From the human T2T-CHM13v2.0 reference genome, Homo sapiens, in the NCBI RefSeq assembly GCF_009914755.1, contig NC_060927.1: a stretch of DNA of 64,000 nucleotides. One strand, given 5' to 3'. Positions 16,032 through 29,620 of this stretch are shown here, piece after piece. The position numbers and the translations under genes are program-made. Position 1 is the stretch's first letter. Each line of letters opens with the position of its first letter. The notes below the pieces were generated by a model that saw nothing but the letters and a program-made list of their open reading frames with translations, was not told the DNA's origin and made no database searches.

Positions 16032-16088
16032 TCTGTTCCTGTGTGTGTTCCCAGTTTAGGAACAGAACTTGAAATGTGGCTAGTACAG
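16010..16088. repeat. Perfect inverted repeat: 31-bp arms, 17-nt loop
   Basis: ctgtactagccacatttcaagttctgttcct (16010-16040) is the exact reverse complement of aggaacagaacttgaaatgtggctagtacag (16058-16088). Confidence 0.99.
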
Positions 16089-16630
16089 ATTACCTCTGTT
16101 AGTACATTTATTACATCATATTATAATTCTCTGTTCAGTTTCAACTGTGATATAAGGACTAAGAAATATGCAATTCTCTACTTCAGTACTAAGCAGGATC
16201 GGTACACTACAGGCACATAATAAATGTTAGAATGAGGATAAGTGAATAGATGGATGGATGAAAGAATCACTAAGCCTCTGGTCTGTTCTCACATTTACTT
16301 CCCAGAGGCCTTGCTCTCAGAATCGCTATGTCATTTACACCAAACTTTAAAACCAAATGAATCCTATGATTATAATAATATCAATAAAGATCAAAATGAG
16401 ACTTAGATATTGTTGATGGTGATGGTAACGATAAAAATCAATAATCTTCTCATGAGAATGCTGTATTCTTGCCTCTCAGTAACATTGTTCTCTATCAGTT
16501 CCCAAACATTTTGGTAAGAAAGCTGTTTTCTTGTTTTTCATGTGTTTTTCCCTATAAATTCAGTAAGTTTCTAGATGCCCAAGCTCCTTCTCCCAAAGGT
16601 GTCCTAGAGACCAAACCTGAACTTTGAAGC

Positions 16631-17140
<510 letters not shown>

Positions 17141-18819
17141 TCCATTCTAAGGCCTGTTTCCTGATCATGTGCTTCCCACTAAAAGTTTCAGGTCACAGAG
17201 TCATAGAGATATCCTGAATCTAACAGAAACTAATTGCTTATTGTATACAACAGATATTCAATAGCTCTACAGTCCAGCAGTTCCAGAGGCCAACCAGGAG
17301 CCACACCAGGAAGTGTTGGTTTGGGGACGGGGAATGGTGGAGATGAGAGCTATCCTTTATTCACCCACCTACCCCTGGTGGCAGCTCCAGCTGTGGTCAC
17401 CATCAGCTGAGCAGACAGATGAAGCCTCAGCTGGTCTCAAGATCCTTTTATAAACCAGTTTTGTCCAGACTTCTATTAGTCAAAATCCTGATCTACATAA
17501 GAGTTTCTGCAAGCCCATTAATTATGCCTTTGATCTGCAGTTACATTATCTTCAATTAAGCATTAATATATTGTGTGTGAACTGACACCGTGTCATGCAA
17601 AATGGTGAGGCCTCTGGAATACGTTTCCAAAGCCAGCCTTAGAAATAGAGCTGCGTAGGCAGCGAAATATTTATTTTCAAATTCATCTGTGTACATTTTC
17701 AAAATTACTGCTCTCTAAATTTTCTTTGAAATGTCTGACCTGCTGTTCATAAGTCAAAAAATATAATCTCTCTTTTGTAGGAATCCAATTGGTAAATTGT
17801 GTTAAAAAAAATATTAGACTGCCTACTGCCATTAGATGGTGGGTATCTGGGCCTCACACGGTTGGTCTTACCTTAAAGAAAAACTGCCTTAATTGCCATG
17901 TGGCCCTCATGGAACATGCTGTAGTAAGGTGATTTTGCCTTCATCAATTAATGGCCCCAAAATTCCAGAACAGTTGTAGAATGAAGAGGATTCTATTTGT
18001 TAAAAGCCAAATGATATGCTAATGTAAAACAGATAAAGAGGTAAGAGGCCCAGTTGGTCTTCCTAGTTCCACACTGGCAGTTTTTTCTTTCCATATTTTG
18101 CAGAATGAGCAAAGAAGGTATTTGTTTTTAAAATACTGGCAGAAGAAAGCTCCTAGATCAACACAGAGTCTACATTTTAAATAACATTTAGGCTGCTGAA
18201 TGAGGTATGCCCTAAACTCCTAGAGACCAGGTGTGACACTGAGACATGGGCCAATTTCAACACTTACCTGAAAGGTATCCAAATCACTTTGGTCAGATAT
18301 CAAGTTAGCGATCTGGTGAGACACAGTATTTCCCAATTTGGGCTGAGCTAGGAATATTGTAAAAATGGATGCATATTACAAAAAATGTGGCATAATCATT
18401 TCAAAGCAGAAGTGCATAAAATGTGTAGAGAAAAGGAGATGAACTGTACATTTTAAATCTCAAGGTAGACCTTCAATATACCAAATGGACCACCCATTTT
18501 TGTCACTCCCTGGACTTCTCAATAGGACTTTAAGATTAACAGGGTGGGTGGCCTACTTAATTCTTGTATTAGGATATTCAGCTTCCTGTCCAATGCTACA
18601 TCCTGCATAAATTTACACAAAGGCAAAATCTAAGACTCCTGAGCTGGGATTTCCCAATATCTTCTGATGACTATAGATGGCTTGCATTGCTGAAATAAGG
18701 TCAGAGAGTTCATTTCTGCTACCCTAGAAGAAGGCTAGGGAATGAAGAAATGAGGAAAAAGCAGAATGAAATCAATACTAAGACTTTAAGTTGGAAATGT
18801 ACTTAGCTGTCTTCTTGAC

Positions 18820-19025
18820 TGGTGGTCTTCAAACATGGGTGGGCATAAAAAGCACTTATGAAGGTTTTTAAATATACACATGCTTGGGCCCCATCCTAAG
18901 ATTCTCATTCAGAAGATAAGAGTTCCGGAGCCTAACTGTGAGTTTTAAAAGCTTTGATCCCTAGATCTTGATAAGGGTAATAATTACCTTAGTTCTGATG
19001 CACCCCTAGGATTGAAAACCACTGA
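18820..19025. mobile_element. MER5-like hAT fossil
   Basis: gtggtcttcaaac...gggccccatcc..agattct...ttgaaaaccactg. Confidence 0.65.
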
Positions 19026-19700
19026 CTAGTCATTTATAGATAAGAAACTGAGACTTACAAATGTAAGTCACTTTGCCAAAATCCAACATGCTTGGGTTCA
19101 AAATACAAACAATGGAGGAAAATTATGTGAGCACCTGACTGGGCATCTTAGGAGGGCTCCATGTTGAAGCAGTCCCATTATGTCTTGGATTCAAGACAGA
19201 GCTGTATGCATTTTAGATACTGTAGATCTATATCACCAGTAAGATATTTCTCAGACAGATAGTAGTGAAGTGTTTTAATGTAATACAATCAGATATATTA
19301 TGAAAATATTCAGAAGGACGAGAGTAAAGTGTCTTGAAAGGGTACCTTCCTCAATATCACACAAGTATGTGGTATAAGCCAACTGTAGCCCTGCCAGCTG
19401 TGGCCATTTTCCTGAATCTCAAAATACCCAAAAAATTACTAGTTTCACCATTACACCTATCTTAATGCACGGATAGATTTCAAACTAACACAATGAAAAG
19501 GAAGGAAAGTGGGGTGTTAGGTGGCACCTCTGCGCAAATGAAAAAAATGGATGCCTCTTCCTCCAAGCTGACACAGCCCCAGTGCCATGCCAGGGTACAC
19601 TGGGATAAACAATTGCTAGATTTCGGCCCTTGCTAGTCCCCTCAATAAGGAATCCTGGTTCAATGAACAAACTGCATGATCATATCCAGTCATCTAAAGC

Positions 19701-20021
19701 ACAGGTCAGCCAACTACAGCCCAAATCTGGGCTGCCACCTGTGTATGGCCCTTGAGCCAAGAATTGTTTTTATATTCTTAAATAGCAGGGAAAAACAAAA
19801 GAAGAATGTTTTGTGATGTGAAAATTATGTGAAATTTATACTTCAGTGTCCACAAATGAATTTTTATTGGAATACAGCCATGCTCATTCATTTACATATT
19901 GTCTATGGATACTTTTACATGACAAAAAACAGAGTAAGTAGTTGCCACAGAGACAGTATGGCCCACAAAACCTAAAATATTCACTATCTGGCTCTTTACA
20001 GAGAAATTTTGTTAATCCCTG
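19701..20021. mobile_element. MER58B-like element
   Basis: ttttattggaatacagccatgctcattcatttac...aaacctaaaatattcactatctggctctttacag. Confidence 0.85.
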
Positions 20022-21499
20022 ATCTAATGGGAAGAAAAGAACTACTAGTAAACCAAATTCCTTTTGCAGATATCATAAAAAGTTCCAAGCAAACATGGCA
20101 GGTGAAATAGTTTATACATACAAACTTGAAACTGAGACAACGATGGAGGAAGGTCAACTTCATTACCCAGCCACCTTGACAGTACCTTTAAATGTCATCA
20201 ATCAGAATGCGCCTTGCAGGACTTGCAGGGGCTCATTATAAATTACAGCACACGGGCCACTGACACAATCCAGGGAGGGTAACAGGGCTCTGGTGACGTA
20301 ACATGATAAAGAGATTTCTTTGTAGAGCTCTACATGGCACAGAGCTGGAGAATTTCCAGGAAATTGAATTTCTAGAGTGCCACCTTTGACTATCCAAGAC
20401 AATTCCATCCAAGCACCGAGCATCTTTGAAGAAAATTTTATCTTCTGGAAATGCTTGCCACTGGGTGTCATCCTCAAAAATATAAATTTGAAGCTATTTT
20501 TTCCAGTGAGACAGACTAAATCCAGGATGTAGATTTTCCAATTAGACTCCTTTTAAACATCTGTTGGTAGGCTGCATTTAACATTAGTTATTTGTGCAAA
20601 GGACAATTTGATTAGACTGTCTGAAACCAAGCCAAAGTCTGCAAAATAATAGCTCAATTAAATTCTGTTTTGCTTTCATTTGTCTTAGATTTCCCTGAGT
20701 GTGATACTGTTGCAAATAATCAAGTAAACCAATTCCTTTCAAAATGAGAGATTTAGGTGTATTTTCCTTCCTCCCTGCAAGTATATTCCATCTTCACTAT
20801 GCTTCATTGAACGTAATCTTGACACCAAATACATTTCTGTATTTTGCCTTTAGTCTCCTTTAATTTTCTATACTTACGAATTAAAGTTCTATGCCATTAA
20901 TATTATACCTTAAATGGATTAGCAAATGTACAAAGGCAGGCACAGGGCATTAGGGTAGTCTAACCGCACTACAGGAATGTTCTGATTTTCACTCCATACC
21001 TGGCAGGATTCATTTCATCAACCCAATGAAAGATTTAGGCAGGACTGACACAGGATTTTTTTTAATGCTGTTTTTATGGTCTTGAAATGTTTCTAGGGGC
21101 TCGCGAACCTGAGACCAGTCTGAAGCCTCTTCAACTGTGAACCAGTATCAATTTTCCTTTCTTTTTGGCTTAGGTATTTTACTCCTTCATTCAGTCACTC
21201 ATTCATCACTCAGTTATTCACTAACTCATTCATGAATAAGTGTCTATGCTTTATGTCAGGAATGGTGCGGAATGTCACAGCATCAAGATTTCAGATTAAG
21301 GACCAGTTCTTTGCTGGTGAGACTACCTATCATTAATTCATGTAAAATTCTGGAAGACAAGAACAAAAGAAAGACCAGGATGGAATTTTTAGAAGACCAT
21401 GACCCTTATTTGTGCCTAAAGTGACACATTTAGGAAAAACACTGTGCAATCAAAATAATGCTGCTAAAAGTAGTTAGTAGCACGGATGATGACAGAAGC

Positions 21500-21620
21500 T
21501 AAACTTTATTAAGTACTTTTTATATGTCTTTCTAAGCTATTTACAGATGTTACTCAGCTAATATTCATAACAACACCATGGGATAAATGCTATGATTACC
21601 ACATTTTACAGATGAAGAGC
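21500..21620. mobile_element. MIR fragment
   Basis: cattttacagatgaaga core. Confidence 0.6.
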
Positions 21621-21783
21621 CTGATGTCCTCCCATCAATTCCGGTTACCCAAAAGTTGATTATAAGCAAAACGATGGTCCACATTACACAGCTAAAACAT
21701 GCATTTGAAAAATGGCCAGTACCTAGTGAACTAAATATAACTTGGAATTTACTAGGTTATTTTCCCTTTAAAAACAGCTTTTA

Positions 21784-22330
<547 letters not shown>

Positions 22331-23429
22331 CCTCCCCCAACATATTCTGACATATACAATCTCCAAAACTCAACCATGCAGCTGAGTTTGTGTGGCAGTC
22401 CAGTGTAAAAGATCCTGTGGCTTTAAAGGACAAATCACATTTCAGAGCTGATCAAGAAGAGACATGGTTTTAGGATAAGAATGCAATTTGCCCAGTCTCA
22501 TTTAAGGTTACAGGGAAAAACACAAAGCATATGTTTAAGTTTAGATAATACTTCAATAGTTACCACAGAGTCTATTAGACTTCCCAGAGAAAAAGACCTC
22601 TCCACTCTGACATGGATCAGCATAGACTATGGTCAGATAGGTCTATGGCAAGCTTGGCAAACAGAAGGTGCACATAGCACTTCTCCCATCTCCAGTGCCC
22701 ATGGCAGACATACCTAATCAATCGTGGCACTCTTCAGAGCCCATCTCAGACCCACAGTCCTTCAAACAGCACTCTAGGTAGAGCCACTTCATATCCTCAA
22801 CAAAGTTGGTAGTCACAACAAAACCTCTTCAGTGTGTAATTCTATGTGGTTCAGACTCTTATTCTGTTTCTAGAATAAATAACAATCCCTTTACGCTCTC
22901 AAACAAACAACAAACCAGACATAATTTCACTGATGTCTTATTAAAAGCAATTTCATTAAGTCTGACAAAGCGGCTCTCCCATGTGCAGACAAGGGAGTGT
23001 CTCGCCTTAAGGTCTTATAGTCAGAGGAGATCAGAAGAAACCTTCTAGGGGGCAGTGGTAGATACCAATGGAAAAGAAGCAGGCAGTCACATGGTGGAGA
23101 ACTTAGGAACGGGACAGCCCTTCACATCATGTGGTTTTTAGTTTCTTTCTGAAGAAAGCAGACAAAGATAATCTCCTGAAATTAAACTCACACACAATTT
23201 AATCACCAAAGGTCTTCTCTCTAAACAGCAGGCAACACAGTACACAGTATCTGCAATTCTGGATTTTGGGGACTCTGAACTGTTATCAAATGGACTGCAC
23301 TTTTATCCAGCTCCTTACAAAGGAATGATGACTCTGAATTCATGACTCTCTCCCCTCTCCCCAGTCAGAAGGCTATAAACTTCTTCTCGGGACATCTAAT
23401 TTAATGCAAAGCTGGAATGCTAATTAACT

Positions 23430-24330
23430 AGATGAAGGCAGCAGGATGGAGACATGGTATGATACATAACGGTTCTGAAGAGCAGAATGACATGGCGTTC
23501 GAGGAGAGGATAGGAGGTGAGCGATGCATAAAGAACAGAAGATTCTTTGAGGGGAGGGGGTGACGGGTTGGAAAAAGTCTTTGCCAAAATCCCAGCAGGT
23601 GGCACCTGAAGGGACAGCTCTAGAATAAGGTGGCAGCAGGGGAAACACAGAAAAAGGAACGGACAGAAAATACCAGCGGAAGGAAAAATGGCACATGTGA
23701 GGATGAATAACATGCTGAGGATGAAGGAAATTCCTAGGTCAGTGATGAGTCAAATGACTGTGACTAATAAGACCTGGGGACAAAAGGGATCTGCTGGATT
23801 AGAGATACTGAAATTCATGTGAAGGCGAGCTAAGAGAGAACCACAGGTAGGCACTTAGGAGCAGTACAACAGGTCTGGAGGCACCCATGTGTGTGAAGGT
23901 TCTAGAACAAGCACACAGCCCAGATGCACTGAAATTAAAGGGGATCAAAGAAACTGAACTTGGGGGAAAGAGTGAACTTGGGTTCCAGAAATGAACTGGG
24001 AAGCAGAAAGAAAACAGCATGGAGGCCAGGGGGTACTGATTTGAAGAAGTTTAAATGATGGCATTTTCCAAAAAAAACAAGTTAGCCCATGCAATGTATT
24101 ACTAAGAAGGCCAGACAGGTTAGAAGGATGGAGACATGGCCACTAAATTTAGTGACAATAAAATTCAAGAAAATGATGAGGAGAAAAGCCAGACTTGGGA
24201 GGAGTTTAGGAAAGAAAGTGACTGGGAAAAAGCAAAAAAAAAAAAAAAAACACCACAAGGAAGCAGCAGGCACAATATTCTGAGTCTAAAAGCTTGGCAG
24301 CAAAAGAAGGAGCTAGAGGAGAGTAGCTGG
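23430..24330. mobile_element. Degenerate L2 fragments
   Basis: Purine-rich L2-like sequence, e.g. ggccactaaatttagtgacaa, ttagagatactgaaatt. Confidence 0.5.
23592..23605 (+). promoter_or_regulatory. CTCF core motif (candidate)
   Basis: CCAGCAGGTGGCAC matches CCASYAGRKGGCRS at 14/14. Confidence 0.5.
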
Positions 24331-25249
24331 GAAGGATCGAGTCATTCAAAGTTTTGGAACTACCCATTTAAACTCCACATTTACCACGAACACCGCTAAA
24401 CGTTGAGCTCTGTCTGCTTGAATATTTACCAAAGTTCTTCAATGGGACATAATGTAAAAGGACAAGGGCCGGCGCTCTTTGCCCAACTGTGTCCAGCAGC
24501 TTTAAATTCTACTACTTAAGTAGTTAAAAATCTGTTCTTTTGTTGAAGGAGAGAACTTATGAATAGAAGGCAGCAACCCCAGACCCTTTAGAAATGACTA
24601 GTATTCAGTCCCTGTAATTTACTGGGCAATAATTTCAAACTCAAACAATCCCAACAGCAAGGTGGCTGAAGTCCACCAAAAGTTCAAAATGGGATATGTT
24701 CTCTTTAAAATTTTGAGAGCGACTAAATATGACAACCATCTGATGTATGAAAATTATTCACAACCAAAAACAGACAGTCTGGAAATAGCCGGGATGACTT
24801 CATTTAGACAGAATTACCCAAATCTGTTTCTAATATACACAGTACACATAATAAATTTTTACAATATGACAAGGAAAACAAACTTAATAAAAGTTCCCGA
24901 TCTTTTGTTACACAAGCATGCTATATCCATGCTATGTTTATAATAGTTTGCTCATGATATCACAGCTCAGTAACAAAGGCCCAAGCAATACAAAAACAGT
25001 TACTAGGCATGACATCAGCTCACAACTACCGTAATTACATCGGTACACAAATTTCCCAAACTGTACATTTTCCAAACTGCTTCTCAATTTCAACGGCTGC
25101 CTTTAGACAATTACTTGCAGAGCTGTCTGCAGGCTTTGAGTAATACCCGTCTTTCTTCTCTTTCCCAAGCGTCATTTCCCTTTAGAAAGTGCATATTTCA
25201 ATTATAAGCACTATTTTTCAAATATGCCCATCAACATATGTCCAAATTA

Positions 25250-25620
25250 GGAGACGGTGTGGTCTGGTGGTTAGCGAGGAGCATTAAGCATCAGCAACTC
25301 TGATTCCATTCCTTTTGCTTTCCCTGTTTGCGGGGCCCAGGTGGTAGCTCAGGGAGAGGCAGTAGAGTGTAATGGATGAAAGCATAGACTCTTGAGCCAG
25401 ATTGTGTGGGCTAGAATCCCAGCTCTGCCACTTATCAGCTGTATGGCCTTGGACAAGTTAACTTCTCTATGCTCCACTTTCCTCCCCTGTAAAATGGGAA
25501 TAATAATAGAACTTACCCCATATGGTTGTTGTACAGTAGTTGGCTCCTAGAAAGTACTATATAGTATTTACTATTTAATATGATAACTATTATCTTTCTG
25601 GGACTCAGTTTCCTGTTTGA
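25250..25620. mobile_element. MIR elements
   Basis: aatcccagctctgccacttatcagctgt..ccttggacaagtta...ctgtaaaatgggaataataatag. Confidence 0.85.
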
Positions 25621-25736
25621 AAACCTGGCTTAAATTAACCTGACTTAGGGTAAACTGTTTAATTTTTCTAATGTCAGGGTAGGGGGTTGCAGCCTGGTCA
25701 CATTATCTCAAGATAGTGAAGTTCAATGAGTAAAGT

Positions 25737-25776
25737 TTGAATGAATGAATGCATGCATGTATGAATGAATGAATGA
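25737..25776 (+). repeat. (GAAT)n-like simple repeat
   Basis: tgaatgaatgaatgcatgcatgtatgaatgaatgaatgaa. Confidence 0.8.
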
Positions 25777-27799
25777 AAATATAGGTCCTGAAAATAACCC
25801 ATAGTTACAGAAGTGAAAAATACTATATTGTGGAACTTGAGCTTCATCCTATTTTCTCTAATTGCTTATTTTCATGTTCCTGCAATGAATGTTGATAAAC
25901 ATCTCTGACCCAATAGAAATAATAAGTGTAGGGAAAACAGATATTGCCTTGTGATTTTAGAAGTGTATTTCTCTAAGCACCAAACTTTTCGAGCTCATCC
26001 TATATGCACAACCTCTGTCTCACCGTGTTGTGTGGTCAGCTGGCTTTCCTGACCGGGCAGGGTGCCAGGGGAGTGCGACTACCTCCATTGTCACTTCTGG
26101 TCCATGGTATTGCACCAAATGCTGTTATTCTAGGCTCCAGGAAATTTTCTAACCACTGGACAGGGTCCAATGCTGTGTGCTAATGAGTTTCAGATTGGAG
26201 GACCTCACTGTGCATGTGTCAGAAAAGTGCCACGGTTTATAGCAAGGTGGGGGGAGGGAAGAAAAGACACACCAAAAGAAAAAACAGTAGTTAAAAAATG
26301 CTGGCTACTCAAATTGACAGGGAACGTGACCTCTGCACTTCAGCAGAAATTCTTGCAGACTTACAAAATAAAGGAGTTTGCTTTTATCGCACACTGTGAG
26401 ACTCATATGGAAAAATGGAAAACACTACATCACTTGACCTCAGCGTGCCCCCTTTCAACCACAGACGAATATTGTGTACAAAAATTCTAAATCAACTTAA
26501 GATGTTCCCCCCCAAAAAAAAGAGAGAGGCTTTAATTTTCTACATTAGACTTGATGATCACTATTTTGGTTCTGAGATTTTGCTCAGAAGATTCACACAG
26601 GAAAAAGACTCAAAATTCCAGGAAGAGTATTTTACCACTTTGGGGATAATGATGTAGTGGTCTCTATTGGCGGGGCGCATCATCGTCTATACTCCCATTG
26701 CACTGGAGAATACTGAGCAAGCCTGACTCGCCCAGGCCTGAAAGTCACTCAAGACTAAAATCATGATTATTTGCTTACATTAACAGAACACTAAAACCAA
26801 TTTTAAACAACTTAAGGAAACTCGAGCCATCTTTGCTGGGTGATTCACTGCCATGGGAAACCAAGAAGCTCTTTTCTCCCTTCAAGGCAACCAATAGGCT
26901 TGATAGCAAGACCTCATTGTGGGATCACAGCCTATCCAAGAAGAAGCCGCCCTTCTGCTGCTGTTGCTGCTGCTTTTATTTTTTTCGTTAAGAAGAATCA
27001 CTTCTTAGGAGTGTCTAACAGAACTTTTGAGTAATGAGATTACATTTCAGTTTTTTTTCTTTTGCCACACTTAGTCCTGGGGACTTTAAAAATCCAATTC
27101 TTTCACATCCTCGAACTGTCATCAACATTTTTTCAGATGGTGTCAATAAAATTGATTGCTTGCAGTTCTGAATTCTGTTCTGCATATGGAAACAATATAA
27201 TTTATTTTAAAGAATTTTCAATAGGGATGGAAGGAGAAATGGAACCTCAGGAAACCCATCCACAACATTTGGGGAGGGGTGGGAGGGAGCAAATCCAAAG
27301 CAAAGTAAACATCCTGAACATTACCGGACGCTGGAAACTTTGACAAAACGTCCTGATATATAAACCCTAAACCTGACTGTTGTGCTGACTGATACATCTT
27401 TCTGTCAGATATGAATGATGTTTCTGGAGCATTAATATGTTCATTAAATTCTAACTCCCTATACTTAAAATATTCTCTACTTTGGCTCAGAGGCATCTTG
27501 ACAGCTTTGTTGTAATCATATATGTGAGGCCCCCAGTCTACACAGTTGTAGAGATGCCTCATACCTACAACCAATCTGTTGCTTTTACAAGTTCAATCTA
27601 GTTATTAAGCAGCTGATTGTGGAACCACGTTGCTTCGACATCTTCAACTCAGCTGTATATCACAGAAACCACTATGGGTGGTGACAGAGTCCCATGATGC
27701 CTAGCAACTGTACATGCCCCTAACTCCTTAATCCGTGATACTACAAAATATGGCTTGCGTTTTCTTTTTTTTTCCCCCTCTTTCCCTGAAGCACAAGTG

Positions 27800-28400
27800 G
27801 ACGACCAGCAAGGGTCCGACAGTGTTATTCCTAATTACCTTTTTTTTCACTCTTGATCCTGTGGCTCTCATAATTAGTTACCTGGGGCTGCAATCCAATT
27901 TGAAGTGATGACAAGAAAGTGATCCATGAAAAAGTAATAAGTTAAATCCAATTTCAGCCTTCCTCTAATTAAATGCACATGGAACTAATGACTCCAACCC
28001 TAGCATTTTAGTGATAATGGTAATTAGCGAGGTGGGAGTCACTCTCTTTTTCAACACTGGAGGTGTAAACCACAAGGTAAAATGGCAGGAGCACTCTTAA
28101 TTACATGTGTCATTTTGTCAGCAATTTACACATTTTTGACCAGTCAAGTATGTTTTTCCCCTGTCCCTCTCCACCTCCTAGCCCCAACAATGATTATAAC
28201 AAACTAGTCCATGTTCCAAACACATGGACGCTCATAAGAGCACTTCAGACTTGAAAATAAGAAATAACTTTGCTTTGCTGTTGTTGATCACCTTTCTGTC
28301 CCCACCACACACACAGACACACACAGAGACACACACGCACAGGCACACACACAGACAAATAAAGATATACTTAGGGTAATTATGCAGATCTGAGTCCTCT
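27800..28400. promoter_or_regulatory. Candidate developmental enhancer (homeodomain-site cluster)
   Basis: Six TAATTA (27832, 27871, 27966, 28021, 28098, 28377), plus SOX AACAATG and TGTCA motifs, in transposon-free DNA. Confidence 0.6.
28306..28356 (+). repeat. Interrupted (CA)n microsatellite
   Basis: cacacacacagacacacacagagacacacacgcacaggcacacacacagac. Confidence 0.9.
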
Positions 28401-28574
28401 TAATTGAAATCCAGATATTTATAGTGGAACTGATTTTTGTTGGTTTCAGCTGTCTTTTTTTTGCTTATAATATGGAAAATAGCGTAATTTACTTATTTAT
28501 GGAAAATATGACACTCAGTAGGTGCTGAGTAAACACACATAAAAAGAGAGGCAATAATTAACCTCTTGACGGCA

Positions 28575-28700
28575 CACTGGTTATCTGTGGTTCTAAAAAA
28601 CCTGGCTTCCCATCCTGGTGCTGTTACTACCTTTGTGCTGTGTAGCAAGTCAGTTAATCTCTCTGTTTCCATCTTCCTCATCCATTAAATGATTTAAGGA
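28575..28700. mobile_element. MIR fragment
   Basis: gcaagtcagttaatctctctgtttccatcttcctcatc. Confidence 0.65.
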
Positions 28701-28854
28701 CACTGCCTATACTACAGAGTAGCTAAGGAGCTGGCCCACGTTCAGCACTGACTAAACATTCATTATCTATCACACTTTGCATGTGGTGGCAAAGACATGA
28801 TTACATATAAAATATTAGCATCACATTTGCATTGTAATTCTTAGATACATTTAA

Positions 28855-29620
<766 letters not shown>

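Noticed and set aside
26955-26972. 18-mer ctgctgctgttgctgctg identical to the exon 7 polyQ codons (35144-35161)
   Set aside because: Low-complexity triplet match. The flanks are unrelated and there are no convincing splice sites, so it is not a duplicated exon.
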